DNA from: an uncultured Lachnospiraceae bacterium
GTDB lineage: Bacteria > Bacillota > Clostridia > Lachnospirales > Lachnospiraceae
Length of the DNA: 64,000 bases
Direction: 5' to 3'
Assembly (NCBI GenBank): GCA_964544535.1
Contig: CAZJCV010000004.1
Location: 6,602 to 70,601, forward strand
Positions 1 to 8,574 of the stretch are shown here, one piece after another. The translations under genes were made by a program, and so were the position numbers. The notes under the pieces were generated by a model. That model was not told the DNA's origin and ran no database searches. It saw only the letters and a program-made list of their open reading frames with translations. How positions within the stretch are numbered: the first letter of the stretch is position 1; each line of letters starts with the position of its first letter.

Positions 1-49
1 GATTGAACTGATATTTTAAGAAAAAAGCAAATATTAGTGAATATGATAC

Positions 50-78
50 TTGTTAAAGGATGATAATTGAATTATAAT
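50..78 (+). promoter_or_regulatory. Candidate sigma-A promoter upstream of pta (TTGTTA - 17 nt - TATAAT)
   Basis: The hexamers sit at 50-55 and 73-78 with a 17-nt spacer, about 75 nt upstream of the pta ATG. This is a sequence match only. Confidence 0.35.
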
Positions 79-152
79 AAGGTTTGGATTTAAATGTTTA
101 ATACACATTACTATATATAACAAGATAAAGAGGCACATGGAAGGAGATAATA

Positions 153-1148
153 ATGAGTTTCATTGAGAACATTAAGAAAAGGGCTGTGGAGAACAAAAAG
201 ACTATAGTTCTACCAGAGACAGAAGATAGTCGTATTTTAGAGGCTGCTTCCCTAATATTAAAAGAGGGAATAGCGAACATTGTATTATTAGCAAATGAAA
301 AAGAAGTTTTAGCAAATTGTAAGTTTGACCTTTCTAAGGCAAGTTTTATTGAACCGTCAGCATCAGAAAAGCTTGATGATTATGTTAATCTGCTTTTTGA
401 ACTTAGAAAGCATAAAGGGATGACAGAAGAACAAGCAAGAGAAATACTAACCAGCAATTATTTATATTTTGGGGTAACAATGGTTAAGGCTGGTGATGCA
501 GATGGCATGGTAGCAGGTGCAATTAATTCGACATCTGATGTTTTAAGACCTTCACTACAAATCCTGAAAACTGCTCCAGGAACAAAACTTGTTTCTGCAT
601 TTTTTGTAATGGTTGGACCTAATCCTGATTTTGGTTCAAATGGTACATTCGTTTTTGCTGATTCTGGCTTAAATCAAAACCCTAACGCTGAGGAACTAGC
701 AGTAATTGGTGGTAGTTCAGCAAAAAGTTTTGAATATTTAGTTAAAGATGAACCTATGGTAGCATTTTTATCACATTCAACAAAGGGAAGTGCTAAACAT
801 CCTGATGTCGATAAAGTTGTTAAAGCAACAAGCCTTGCAAAAGAACAGTACCCAGATTATAAGATTGATGGTGAATTTCAAATTGATGCAGCAATAGTAT
901 CAGAAATAGGTAAAAGCAAGGCACCAGATAGTGAAATTGCAGGAAAAGCAAATGTGCTTGTTTTCCCTGATTTAGATGCAGGTAATATAGGATATAAACT
1001 AGTACAAAGATTAGGAAATGCTGATGCTTATGGACCAATAACTCAAGGTATTGCAAAGCCTGTTAATGACTTATCTAGAGGGTGTAGTGCAGAAGATGTT
1101 GTAGGCGTTGTTGCTATTACTGCTGTACAAGCTGCAATGTATGATTAA
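153..1148 (+). CDS. pta: Phosphate acetyltransferase
   Basis: The 331-aa product has the typical short-form Pta N-terminus (MSFIENIKKRA...KTIVLPETEDSRILEAA). An SD (GGAAGGAG) precedes the ATG, and the gene lies directly upstream of ackA. Confidence 0.9.
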   Translation: MSFIENIKKRAVENKKTIVLPETEDSRILEAASLILKEGIANIVLLANEKEVLANCKFDLSKASFIEPSASEKLDDYVNLLFELRKHKGMTEEQAREILTSNYLYFGVTMVKAGDADGMVAGAINSTSDVLRPSLQILKTAPGTKLVSAFFVMVGPNPDFGSNGTFVFADSGLNQNPNAEELAVIGGSSAKSFEYLVKDEPMVAFLSHSTKGSAKHPDVDKVVKATSLAKEQYPDYKIDGEFQIDAAIVSEIGKSKAPDSEIAGKANVLVFPDLDAGNIGYKLVQRLGNADAYGPITQGIAKPVNDLSRGCSAEDVVGVVAITAVQAAMYD

Positions 1149-1241
1149 TTTTAGATTATTATAGTTATATCATAAACAAAAGAATGTTGATATAACATTA
1201 ACATAGAGATAAGTAATAATAAAAACAAAGGAGATTTGTCA

Positions 1242-2432
1242 ATGAAAGTTTTAGTAATTAATTGCGGTAGTTCATCATTAAAATACCAACTAATTGATAC
1301 AGTTACGAAAAGTGCAACAGCAGTTGGTATATGTGAAAGAATAGGTATTGACGGAAGAATAAAACACACACCAGTAGGTGGAGAAAAGGTAATGAAAGAT
1401 TCACCTATGCCAGACCATGAAAATGCAATTAAATTAGTTCTAGAGGCTCTAATAGATGATAATCATGGTGTTATTGACTCATTAGATGAGATTGGGGCAA
1501 TTGGTCATAGGGTTGTTCATGGTGGTGAAAAATTTGCATCGTCAACTGTTATTACTGATGAAGTAATAGAAGCAATTAAAGAATGTAATGATTTGGCTCC
1601 TCTTCATAACCCTGCCAACCTAACTGGTATTAGTGCATGTAAAAAGATAATGCCTGATGTTCCAATGGTAGCTGTGTTTGATACAGCATTTCATCAGACT
1701 ATGCCAGGAAAGGCATTTTTATATGGACTTCCATATGAATATTATGAAAAAGATAAAATTAGAAGATACGGATTTCATGGCACAAGTCATGATTTTGTAT
1801 CCAAGAGGACATGTGAGTTTTTAGGTTTAGATAAGGATAATTCCAAAGTTATTGTATGTCACTTAGGAAATGGTGCTAGTATTTCAGCAGTTTTAAATGG
1901 GGTTTCAATTGATACAAGCATGGGAATGACACCACTTGAAGGGTTGATTATGGGAACAAGAAGTGGAGATATTGATCCTGCAATTATTGCTCATATTATG
2001 AAGAAAGAAAACAAAACTATAGATGAAGTTCAAAATATATTAAACAAAGAATCAGGTGTATATGGTTTGTCTGGTCTTTCTAGTGACTTTAGAGATCTTG
2101 AAGAAGCTTCTGATAATGGTAATGAGCGAGCAAGTATAGCAAGAGATGTATTTTGCTATCGTGTTGCCAAATATATAGGTTCATATGTTGCAGCCATGAA
2201 TGGTGTAGATGCAATTGCATTTACTGCTGGAGTAGGTGAGAATGACTGGTATGTTCGTAAAGAAACTTGTTCATATTTAGGCTATTTGGGAATAACTATT
2301 GATGAAGAAAAAAACAGTGAAAGACAAAAGGAAATTATAATTAGTACAGAAGATTCAAAAGTTAAAGTTTGTATGATTCCAACCAATGAGGAATTAGCTA
2401 TAGCTAGAGAAACTGTGGCATTAATTAAATAA
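1242..2432 (+). CDS. ackA: Acetate kinase
   Basis: The N-terminus MKVLVINCGSSSLKYQLID is the acetate/propionate kinase signature. I moved the start from the ORF-track TTG at 1236 to the ATG at 1242, which lies 7 nt after the SD AAAGGAGA. Confidence 0.95.
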   Translation: MKVLVINCGSSSLKYQLIDTVTKSATAVGICERIGIDGRIKHTPVGGEKVMKDSPMPDHENAIKLVLEALIDDNHGVIDSLDEIGAIGHRVVHGGEKFASSTVITDEVIEAIKECNDLAPLHNPANLTGISACKKIMPDVPMVAVFDTAFHQTMPGKAFLYGLPYEYYEKDKIRRYGFHGTSHDFVSKRTCEFLGLDKDNSKVIVCHLGNGASISAVLNGVSIDTSMGMTPLEGLIMGTRSGDIDPAIIAHIMKKENKTIDEVQNILNKESGVYGLSGLSSDFRDLEEASDNGNERASIARDVFCYRVAKYIGSYVAAMNGVDAIAFTAGVGENDWYVRKETCSYLGYLGITIDEEKNSERQKEIIISTEDSKVKVCMIPTNEELAIARETVALIK

Positions 2433-2439
2433 AAAGTAT

Positions 2440-2468
2440 TTGACAAATTAAACGTAGATGACTATAAT
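2440..2468 (+). promoter_or_regulatory. Consensus sigma-A promoter for the DUF177-rpmF operon (TTGACA - 17 nt - TATAAT)
   Basis: Both hexamers are perfect (2440-2445 and 2463-2468) with a 17-nt spacer, located between ackA and the DUF177 gene. Confidence 0.55.
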
Positions 2469-2505
2469 TATAAGAGTGTAATTTTGTACTAGATTGGAGA
2501 TTGAT

Positions 2506-3033
2506 ATGATTATTAATTTATCTGAAATTATGTCAGTAAAAGGTCAAGTTAAGAATATCCAAGCTCCATTCGAACTAAAGAGCATCACATATAGTGGTAT
2601 GGAATGCTTGGTTGAAAGAAGTTCACAAATCGATCTTACTATTTCTCACACTGCTGAGAGAAAAGTTGAGATTGAAGGTGAAACGGAAGTTGATTTATTA
2701 ATTTTGTGTAATAGATGTCTTAGAGATGTAAAAGTGCCTTTTAAAATTAAGTTTTTCGAGAAGTTAGACTTTAACCTCGAGGATGAAGACGCAGTTAATA
2801 AACTTAAAGATGTTAATTATTTAAATGAATATGATTTGGATTTAGATTTATTGGTTCAAAATGCAATTATACTAGACTTTCCCATGAAGGTTCTTTGTAG
2901 TAATGATTGCAAAGGCCTTTGCAATAGCTGTGGAACAAATCTAAATAATGGCTTATGTGATTGTGAAAGCACAAGTTTAGACCCACGTATGGCAGCTATC
3001 CAAGATATATTCAATGAATTTAAGGAGGTGTAA
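2506..3033 (+). CDS. YceD/DUF177 family protein (ribosome-assembly associated, usually precedes rpmF)
   Basis: A C-terminal Cys cluster (CSNDCKGLCNSCGTNLNNGLCDC) and the position directly upstream of rpmF support the call. The ATG at 2506 follows the SD GGAGA. The ORF-track TTG at 2494 has no SD and lies very close to the predicted transcription start. Confidence 0.85.
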   Translation: MIINLSEIMSVKGQVKNIQAPFELKSITYSGMECLVERSSQIDLTISHTAERKVEIEGETEVDLLILCNRCLRDVKVPFKIKFFEKLDFNLEDEDAVNKLKDVNYLNEYDLDLDLLVQNAIILDFPMKVLCSNDCKGLCNSCGTNLNNGLCDCESTSLDPRMAAIQDIFNEFKEV

Positions 3034-3035
3034 TC

Positions 3036-3218
3036 ATGGGAGCAATCGGTCCAAAGAATAAATCTTCAAAGTCAAGAAGAGATAAACGTAGGGCAAACTG
3101 GAAAATGTCAGTGCCTAATCTTGTTGAATGTAGTAAATGTGGTGCTTTATCTATGCAACATAGAGTTTGTAAAGCATGTGGTTCATATAATAAAAGAGAA
3201 ATTATTGAGTCTAATTAA
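3036..3218 (+). CDS. rpmF: 50S ribosomal protein L32
   Basis: The 60-aa product has a basic N-terminus (KSRRDKRRANWK) and a CxxC...CxxC zinc ribbon (CSKCG...CKACG). The SD AAGGAGG precedes the start. Confidence 0.9.
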   Translation: MGAIGPKNKSSKSRRDKRRANWKMSVPNLVECSKCGALSMQHRVCKACGSYNKREIIESN

Positions 3219-3235
3219 AGTGTCAAATACAATTA

Positions 3236-3290
3236 AAAGCCATCAATATTTGATTATATAATCAAGTAATGATGGCTTTTTACTTTTTTA
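3236..3290. terminator. Bidirectional rho-independent terminator between the convergent rpmF and small minus-strand ORF
   Basis: A hairpin forms between AGCCATCA (3238-3245) and TGATGGCT (3270-3277). It is followed by a T-run on the + strand and by a T-rich stretch on the - strand. Confidence 0.6.
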
Positions 3291-3440
3291 ACTACCGCCA
3301 GGACCATCTCGACGAGGCCTATCATCAGGTCTTACTTCGTTTCTTGATTTGTTTTCTTGTTTTGCCCTATTAGTGGAGTTAGTATTGTTTAAATTTTTAC
3401 CTGCTTTTTTAGAACGATTTTGACTTTTGTTCTTTGCCAT
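3288..3440 (-). CDS. Small basic hydrophilic protein (50 aa), not in the ORF track; function unknown, possibly a minor spore protein
   Basis: My manual minus-strand translation is MAKNKSQNRSKKAGKNLNNTNSTNRAKQENKSRNEVRPDDRPRRDGPGGS*. A strong SD (AAAGGAGATTATTT-ATG) precedes it, and the ORF ends at the bidirectional terminator. Confidence 0.45.
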   Translation of the reverse strand: MAKNKSQNRSKKAGKNLNNTNSTNRAKQENKSRNEVRPDDRPRRDGPGGS

Positions 3441-3481
3441 AAATAATCTCCTTTATTAAAATAATAATACTTGTATATAAA

Positions 3482-3511
3482 TATTATTGATTAAAAAAAA
3501 GAAAATTATTC
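3482..3511 (-). promoter_or_regulatory. Weak forespore-type (sigma-G/F-like) promoter candidate for the small ORF (GAATA - 18 nt - aATAATA on the minus strand)
   Basis: The minus strand reads GAATA (rc of 3507-3511), an 18-nt spacer, then AATAATA (rc of 3482-3488). The -35 fits GnATR, but the -10 lacks the conserved C. This is inference only. Confidence 0.2.
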
Positions 3512-3533
3512 ATATAAATGAATAAAAACCAAT

Positions 3534-4691
3534 TTATCTGTTTTTTTCATTATTATAAGATATGGTAGAATGTAGCAGGGAGTTTAACCAGTTGTTGAAA
3601 TCCTTAGGGGACTTTAATATAGTGTCTAATTCAACATAAGTATACGAAGTAGTAGGTGTTGCTTTAACACGAAACTTTTTATCTACATATATTGCTAGGC
3701 TTTTATGAATGGCCATATCTTCTTCTGGAAGATAGTAATATTCTTTATAATTTTCAAAGTAGTATTTGAGCTTATTATTAAAAAGTGCTACATCCACAAC
3801 TATAAAATTTTCTTTTATTTTAATAATAGATTCTGTATTATTGTTTGAAGATGCTGATAGTTGAATTTCAAAAGGGAAGTTATAATTAACTTGAATGTTG
3901 ATTAAAAAAGATTTATCCTTTACTTTGATTTTTGAGTCAAGAATATCATCTTCTTTAACTCCATATTTAAATAAATCAATATAAGTTAGAATTTCACTAA
4001 CCTCCAATAATCCTAGCAAGTCCTCATAATTATGCAATAATAATATTTCTGCTAAATCATTAGCTGAAACTTTACTTCTTTCTTGTTTCGGCTTATAATT
4101 TGTTGTATATTTATCACTCATTAGTTTTTCATATTGGCATCTGCCAACAAATTGTGAGTACATGCTTATTAATTCTCCACCAGAATACTTGTCATCTCTT
4201 TTAAAACCCAAATAATATTCTAAGGTTTTAAGTTTAAGGTTTGGAAAGGGGAAAATCTTTCTGTAAGGACTAATTTTTTGATACAGGTCAACACTATCAA
4301 TGTTTGAGAATGGAACTTCCAAATCATACAATTTATACTTGTAAGTTAGATATGGTATATCGAAACCATTCCCATTATAGTGTATAATACGTTTATATGA
4401 TTTTATTTTATTAGTAAATAAATTCAGTAATTTAACTTCTTGATTTGGATCTTTAAGAAGCCATTGGGTAAGGTGCCAACTATTATTGTGATAGTAGATC
4501 AATCCAATTAAGTATAAGTAAGAAGTCTTTGGAGAAAGACCAGTTGTTTCAATATCAAAGAATATAATTTCATCTATATTAAAAGGTTTATTTATAGAGT
4601 AAAGAATATTATTATTTAGTTTTTTGTTTATGTTTATCATTTTAAATGTTTCCTTTACTAATAGATTAACAATACTATTTGTTTTAGACAT
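3534..4691 (-). CDS. RNase H-like / YprB (MrfB)-family DEDDh 3'-5' exonuclease
   Basis: The 385-aa product carries Exo I FFDIETTGL, Exo II HYNGNGFDIPYL and Exo III LLHNYEDLLGL motifs, followed by a long C-terminal domain of unknown function. Confidence 0.7.
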   Translation of the reverse strand: MSKTNSIVNLLVKETFKMININKKLNNNILYSINKPFNIDEIIFFDIETTGLSPKTSYLYLIGLIYYHNNSWHLTQWLLKDPNQEVKLLNLFTNKIKSYKRIIHYNGNGFDIPYLTYKYKLYDLEVPFSNIDSVDLYQKISPYRKIFPFPNLKLKTLEYYLGFKRDDKYSGGELISMYSQFVGRCQYEKLMSDKYTTNYKPKQERSKVSANDLAEILLLHNYEDLLGLLEVSEILTYIDLFKYGVKEDDILDSKIKVKDKSFLINIQVNYNFPFEIQLSASSNNNTESIIKIKENFIVVDVALFNNKLKYYFENYKEYYYLPEEDMAIHKSLAIYVDKKFRVKATPTTSYTYVELDTILKSPKDFNNWLNSLLHSTISYNNEKNR

Positions 4692-4750
4692 ATTTATTAT
4701 TATTTTATACGTATATTATCAAGATTACAAGTTGTTTATGGAGGTTGCTT

Positions 4751-6319
4751 GTGTATAAAGAATTGTTTGAAGAAGGAATAAAAGGAACAAAAAAAATAAG
4801 ATTTAGTGGGCTACTTCGTATTGTTTTAGTTGCCTTATTAGTTTTATTGCAATTACTAACAATGTTTTTCTTTACATATTGGTTACGAGGAAACTTTGTT
4901 TTTATTTACCTAACAGTAGAACTTATTAGTATGCTTTTAGGTGTTTTTCTTGTGAACGTATATAGGAATTCATCTTATAAAATTGCTTGGTTATGTATTT
5001 TTTTAATATTTCCTTTAACAGGCCATATTATGTTTCTTTTATGGGGTAACAGATATTCTAAAAAAATAATGGAAAGAAAAATTACAAAAACAATAGTTCA
5101 AAGTTCTTCAATTTATTTAAAACAAGATGAAAATATTAGAAATGAATTTAAAATTAAAAAGCCAAATCAAAATAAAATCTCTGTTTACTTAGAAAACCAT
5201 CAATTTCCTTTATTTAAAAACAATATTATTGATTATTATCCTTTTGGAGAAGATGTTTTCAAGGCTATTTTTGATGATATAAAAAATGCAAAAAAATTTA
5301 TATTAATTAATTTTTATATTGTTGCCCAAGGTATACTTTATGACACTTTATTTGACTTATTAACTCAAAAAGTAAAAGAGGGGGTTGAAGTTAAATTTAT
5401 GTGTGATGATTTTGGTGCTTCTTTACGTACACCAAAGGATTTTAAGAAGAATCTTGAAAAAAATGGCATTGAAGTAGCTATGTTTAATCCTATTCATAAA
5501 CACACAGACAGGCTCTATCTTAATTATCGAAGTCATCAAAAGATAATTGTGGTAGATGGAGATATTGCTTATACAGGTGGAGTTAATTTAGCAGACGAAT
5601 ATGCAAATTTGGTCGACAGATTTGGAGTGTGGAAAGACACAGCAGTTAGGGTAAAAGGAGAAGCAACATGGGGATTTACAGTTATTTTCTTTCAGATGTG
5701 GGAGTTGTGTGGAAAATCACCAAAGTTAGACTATAATAAGTATAGACCAGGAAAGGAATTTGATCAAAATGATGTTTTTTGCCATGTTATATCAGATGGA
5801 CCAGCAAATAATCCTGAAAATCCAATTGAGAGCTTGTATAGACAAATTATTTATAATGCTAAGGAATATCTATATATAGCAACGCCATATCTAGTTATCG
5901 AAGATGACTTAAAGGAATCACTAGTAACTGCTGCAAAATCAGGAATAGATGTGAGAATTATCACCCCATATATACCAGACAAAAAGAATGTGAAACTTCT
6001 CACTGAGTATAATTATGGTCCTCTTTTAGAAGGTGGTGTTAAAATACTAGAGTACAAGCCAGGCTTTATTCATAGTAAAATGATTATTAATGAACAATGC
6101 GGGATAGTAGGAACTATTAATATGGATTATAGGAGTTTTTATCTTCATTATGAATGCGGCTTATTTATGTGTGATAAAGATATTATAAGTCGTATTTATG
6201 ATGATTTTATAACTACCATGGAAGTTTGTGTTGAGGTGGATTATGAAGACTGGAAAAACAGATCTTGGTTTTTAAAATCCTATCAATATGTATTGAACTT
6301 GTTTTCAACCTTGATATAA
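4751..6319 (+). CDS. cls: Cardiolipin synthase
   Basis: Two N-terminal TM helices are followed by two HKD motifs (HQKIIVVDG... and HSKMIINE...). The GTG at 4751 lies 6 nt after GGAGG, whereas the ORF-track TTG at 4745 abuts the SD. Confidence 0.9.
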   Translation: MYKELFEEGIKGTKKIRFSGLLRIVLVALLVLLQLLTMFFFTYWLRGNFVFIYLTVELISMLLGVFLVNVYRNSSYKIAWLCIFLIFPLTGHIMFLLWGNRYSKKIMERKITKTIVQSSSIYLKQDENIRNEFKIKKPNQNKISVYLENHQFPLFKNNIIDYYPFGEDVFKAIFDDIKNAKKFILINFYIVAQGILYDTLFDLLTQKVKEGVEVKFMCDDFGASLRTPKDFKKNLEKNGIEVAMFNPIHKHTDRLYLNYRSHQKIIVVDGDIAYTGGVNLADEYANLVDRFGVWKDTAVRVKGEATWGFTVIFFQMWELCGKSPKLDYNKYRPGKEFDQNDVFCHVISDGPANNPENPIESLYRQIIYNAKEYLYIATPYLVIEDDLKESLVTAAKSGIDVRIITPYIPDKKNVKLLTEYNYGPLLEGGVKILEYKPGFIHSKMIINEQCGIVGTINMDYRSFYLHYECGLFMCDKDIISRIYDDFITTMEVCVEVDYEDWKNRSWFLKSYQYVLNLFSTLI

Positions 6320-6369
6320 TTAATATAGGACTAAACTTGTTGACATGTAGAAAGGGATAGTGTATTAGG

Positions 6370-6975
6370 ATGATAGGATATATAACAGGAGAATTAATAA
6401 CAGTTTCAAAAGATGGTATTATAATAGAACAAGGTGGGATTGGTTATGAACTTATGATACCCAGCTCAGCCATTAACAACTTACCAAGTCCTGGATACCA
6501 AGTAAAGGTTTACACGTATCTTCATGTAAGAGAAGATATTCTTGCCTTATATGGTTTTTTGTCGCAAGATTACTTAGAGGTTTTTAAATTATTAATAACA
6601 GTAAGTGGCATTGGACCTAAAGTTGCTCTAGGAGTTTTGTCAGTGCATACACCTGATGATTTACGTTTTGCAATATTATCTGAAGATGTTAAAATAATTA
6701 CAAAGGCTCCAGGCATTGGCCCTAAGACAGCCAAAAAAATAATATTAGAGTTGAAGGACAAGTTTAAGTTAGATGAAAGCTTTGAGTCTAGAATTGCAAA
6801 TAGTGAAAATGCAACAAGTTCAAATATAGTGCGAGTAAGAGAAGAAACTTTAGAAGCTTTACTAGTACTTGGTTATTCTAGAACAGATGCAAGTAATGCA
6901 GTAAGAAGTATAGAAATTGATGATGAAACAACAGCGGAAGATGCTTTGAAACAGAGTTTAAGAAGCTTATTTTAA
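6370..6975 (+). CDS. ruvA: Holliday junction branch migration complex subunit RuvA
   Basis: The N-terminus MIGYITGEL..., the HhH motifs (ISGIGPKVALGVL, APGIGPKTAKKIILEL) and the position upstream of ruvB support the call. Confidence 0.9.
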   Translation: MIGYITGELITVSKDGIIIEQGGIGYELMIPSSAINNLPSPGYQVKVYTYLHVREDILALYGFLSQDYLEVFKLLITVSGIGPKVALGVLSVHTPDDLRFAILSEDVKIITKAPGIGPKTAKKIILELKDKFKLDESFESRIANSENATSSNIVRVREETLEALLVLGYSRTDASNAVRSIEIDDETTAEDALKQSLRSLF

Positions 6976-6998
6976 AATATGATAGATGGTAGGTACTT

Positions 6999-7994
6999 AT
7001 GGAAAGAAGGATTATTACAACAGAAATTTTAGAAGAAGATAAAATGATTGAAAATGAATTACGTCCAGCTAAGCTAGATGATTATATTGGGCAAAGTAAA
7101 ATCAAGAGTAATCTTAAAGTATACATAGAAGCAGCTAAGCAAAGGGATGAATCCCTAGATCATGTGCTTTTATATGGTCCGCCTGGACTTGGAAAAACAA
7201 CTCTTGCAGGAATTATTGCTAATGAAATGGGTGTTAATATCAAGATAACATCAGGACCCGCAATTGAAAAGCCAGGAGAAATGGCTGCAATTCTTAACAA
7301 CCTTAATGAGGGTGATGTGTTATTTGTTGACGAGATTCATAGGTTAAACAACCAAGTGGAGGAATTGTTATATCCAGCTATGGAAGACTTTACTATAGAT
7401 ATTATTATTGGCAAAGGGGCTGCATCCAAGTCTATTCGTTTGGATTTACCCAAGTTTACATTGGTTGGTGCCACTACAAGGGCTGGAATGTTAACACCGC
7501 CTTTAAGAGATAGATTTGGAGTTGTAAATCGCCTAGAATTCTACAGCATAGATGAGTTAAAAGATATAATTACAAGATCTGCTAAAATTTTTAATATAGA
7601 AATTGATAAAGAAGGTGCTAATGAGCTTTCAAGAAGATCGAGAGGAACACCAAGACTTGCAAATCGTCTACTTAAAAGAGTTAGAGATTTTGCTCAAGTA
7701 AAATATGATGGTAAAATAACAAAAGAAGTAGCTGACAAGTCCTTAAATTTACTTGAAGTAGATAAGTTGGGTCTTGACAATACTGATAGGGAAATACTCA
7801 CTACAATGATTGAAAATTTTAATGGTGGACCAGTTGGAATTGAAACAATTTCCACGACTATAGGTGAAGACCAAGGTACTATTGAAGAGGTATATGAACC
7901 TTATTTGGTACAGAATGGATTAATCTTACGAACTCCAAGGGGTAGAGTAGTCTCAGACCTTACTTATAAGCACCTAGGGATTAATCGGGAATAA
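6999..7994 (+). CDS. ruvB: Holliday junction DNA helicase RuvB
   Basis: The product shows [12 protein letters not shown], Walker [12 protein letters not shown], Walker [10 protein letters not shown], and [11 protein letters not shown]. Confidence 0.95.
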   Translation: MERRIITTEILEEDKMIENELRPAKLDDYIGQSKIKSNLKVYIEAAKQRDESLDHVLLYGPPGLGKTTLAGIIANEMGVNIKITSGPAIEKPGEMAAILNNLNEGDVLFVDEIHRLNNQVEELLYPAMEDFTIDIIIGKGAASKSIRLDLPKFTLVGATTRAGMLTPPLRDRFGVVNRLEFYSIDELKDIITRSAKIFNIEIDKEGANELSRRSRGTPRLANRLLKRVRDFAQVKYDGKITKEVADKSLNLLEVDKLGLDNTDREILTTMIENFNGGPVGIETISTTIGEDQGTIEEVYEPYLVQNGLILRTPRGRVVSDLTYKHLGINRE

Positions 7995-8081
7995 TTCAAC
8001 TTATGCTTGTAAAGACTGTTTTAATCGTTTATAATAGTTAAAGAATGTATGATTCGACAAATACTTAATTGGGGTGAGTTT

Positions 8082-8474
8082 GTGAATAAGAAAAATACAA
8101 TTGAAGTAATAATCAATAATAAGCAATACACTTTAAGTGGCTATGAAAGCGCAGAGTATTTGCAAAAAATTGCCTCTTATATTAACAGAAAGTATAGTGA
8201 ATATAAAAAGAAGGACGTTTTCAAACATCTTGATAAAGATATGAGGAATGTTCTAATTGAAATCAACATAGCAGATGATTTTTTTAAAGCTAAGGAACAA
8301 ATTGAAGATATTCAAGCTAAAAATGAAGAGAATAATACGGAGATTTATAACTTGAGACATGAACTTGTTTCAACGCGTTCAGAACTAGAAACTTTACAAG
8401 AGGAAATTAGAAACCTAAAAAAAGAGTTATTAGAAGAGCAAAAAAAGCTTATTCGTCTAGAAAAACGTAGGTAA
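8082..8474 (+). CDS. zapA: Cell division protein ZapA-like with a C-terminal coiled coil
   Basis: The N-terminal domain is ZapA-like (IEVIINNKQYTLSGYESAEYLQKIASYINRKY). The GTG at 8082 is preceded by GGGGTGAG. The ORF-track ATG at 8049 is an in-frame alternative. Confidence 0.65.
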   Translation: MNKKNTIEVIINNKQYTLSGYESAEYLQKIASYINRKYSEYKKKDVFKHLDKDMRNVLIEINIADDFFKAKEQIEDIQAKNEENNTEIYNLRHELVSTRSELETLQEEIRNLKKELLEEQKKLIRLEKRR

Positions 8475-8515
8475 TAATGTTATACACAAACTGATAGACG
8501 ATTATATGATCTAAT

Positions 8516-8556
8516 CCGCATAGATGAGACTATAATGTCTTTCTAGGCGGTTTTTT
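8516..8556 (+). terminator. Rho-independent terminator after zapA
   Basis: An imperfect long hairpin (CCGCATAGATGAGAC / GTCTTTCTAGGCGG, 8516-8550) is followed by TTTTTT (8551-8556). Confidence 0.55.
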
Positions 8557-8574
8557 ATTTAAGAGGAGATATAC

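Noticed and set aside
98-280. A 60-aa minus-strand ORF overlapping the pta start, plus similar small antisense ORFs at 820-1056, 1151-1369, 6570-6761, 13376-13615, 19624-19929, 22872-23132, 24075-24311, 24986-25171, 25319-25624, 31779-31970, 33140-33328, 33567-33987, 39841-40032, 43939-44127, 44431-44637, 45424-45721, 46214-46447, 46635-46838, 48194-48421, 49618-49818, 50628-50843, 58335-58562 and 61300-61515.
   Set aside because: Each overlaps a confidently assigned gene on the opposite strand, and none has a convincing SD or a recognisable motif.
1183-1199. The palindrome AATGTT-N5-AACATT between pta and ackA, considered as a possible operator or cre-like site.
   Set aside because: It does not fit the cre consensus (no central CG core). 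Six-bp AT-rich inverted repeats are expected by chance in DNA of this composition.
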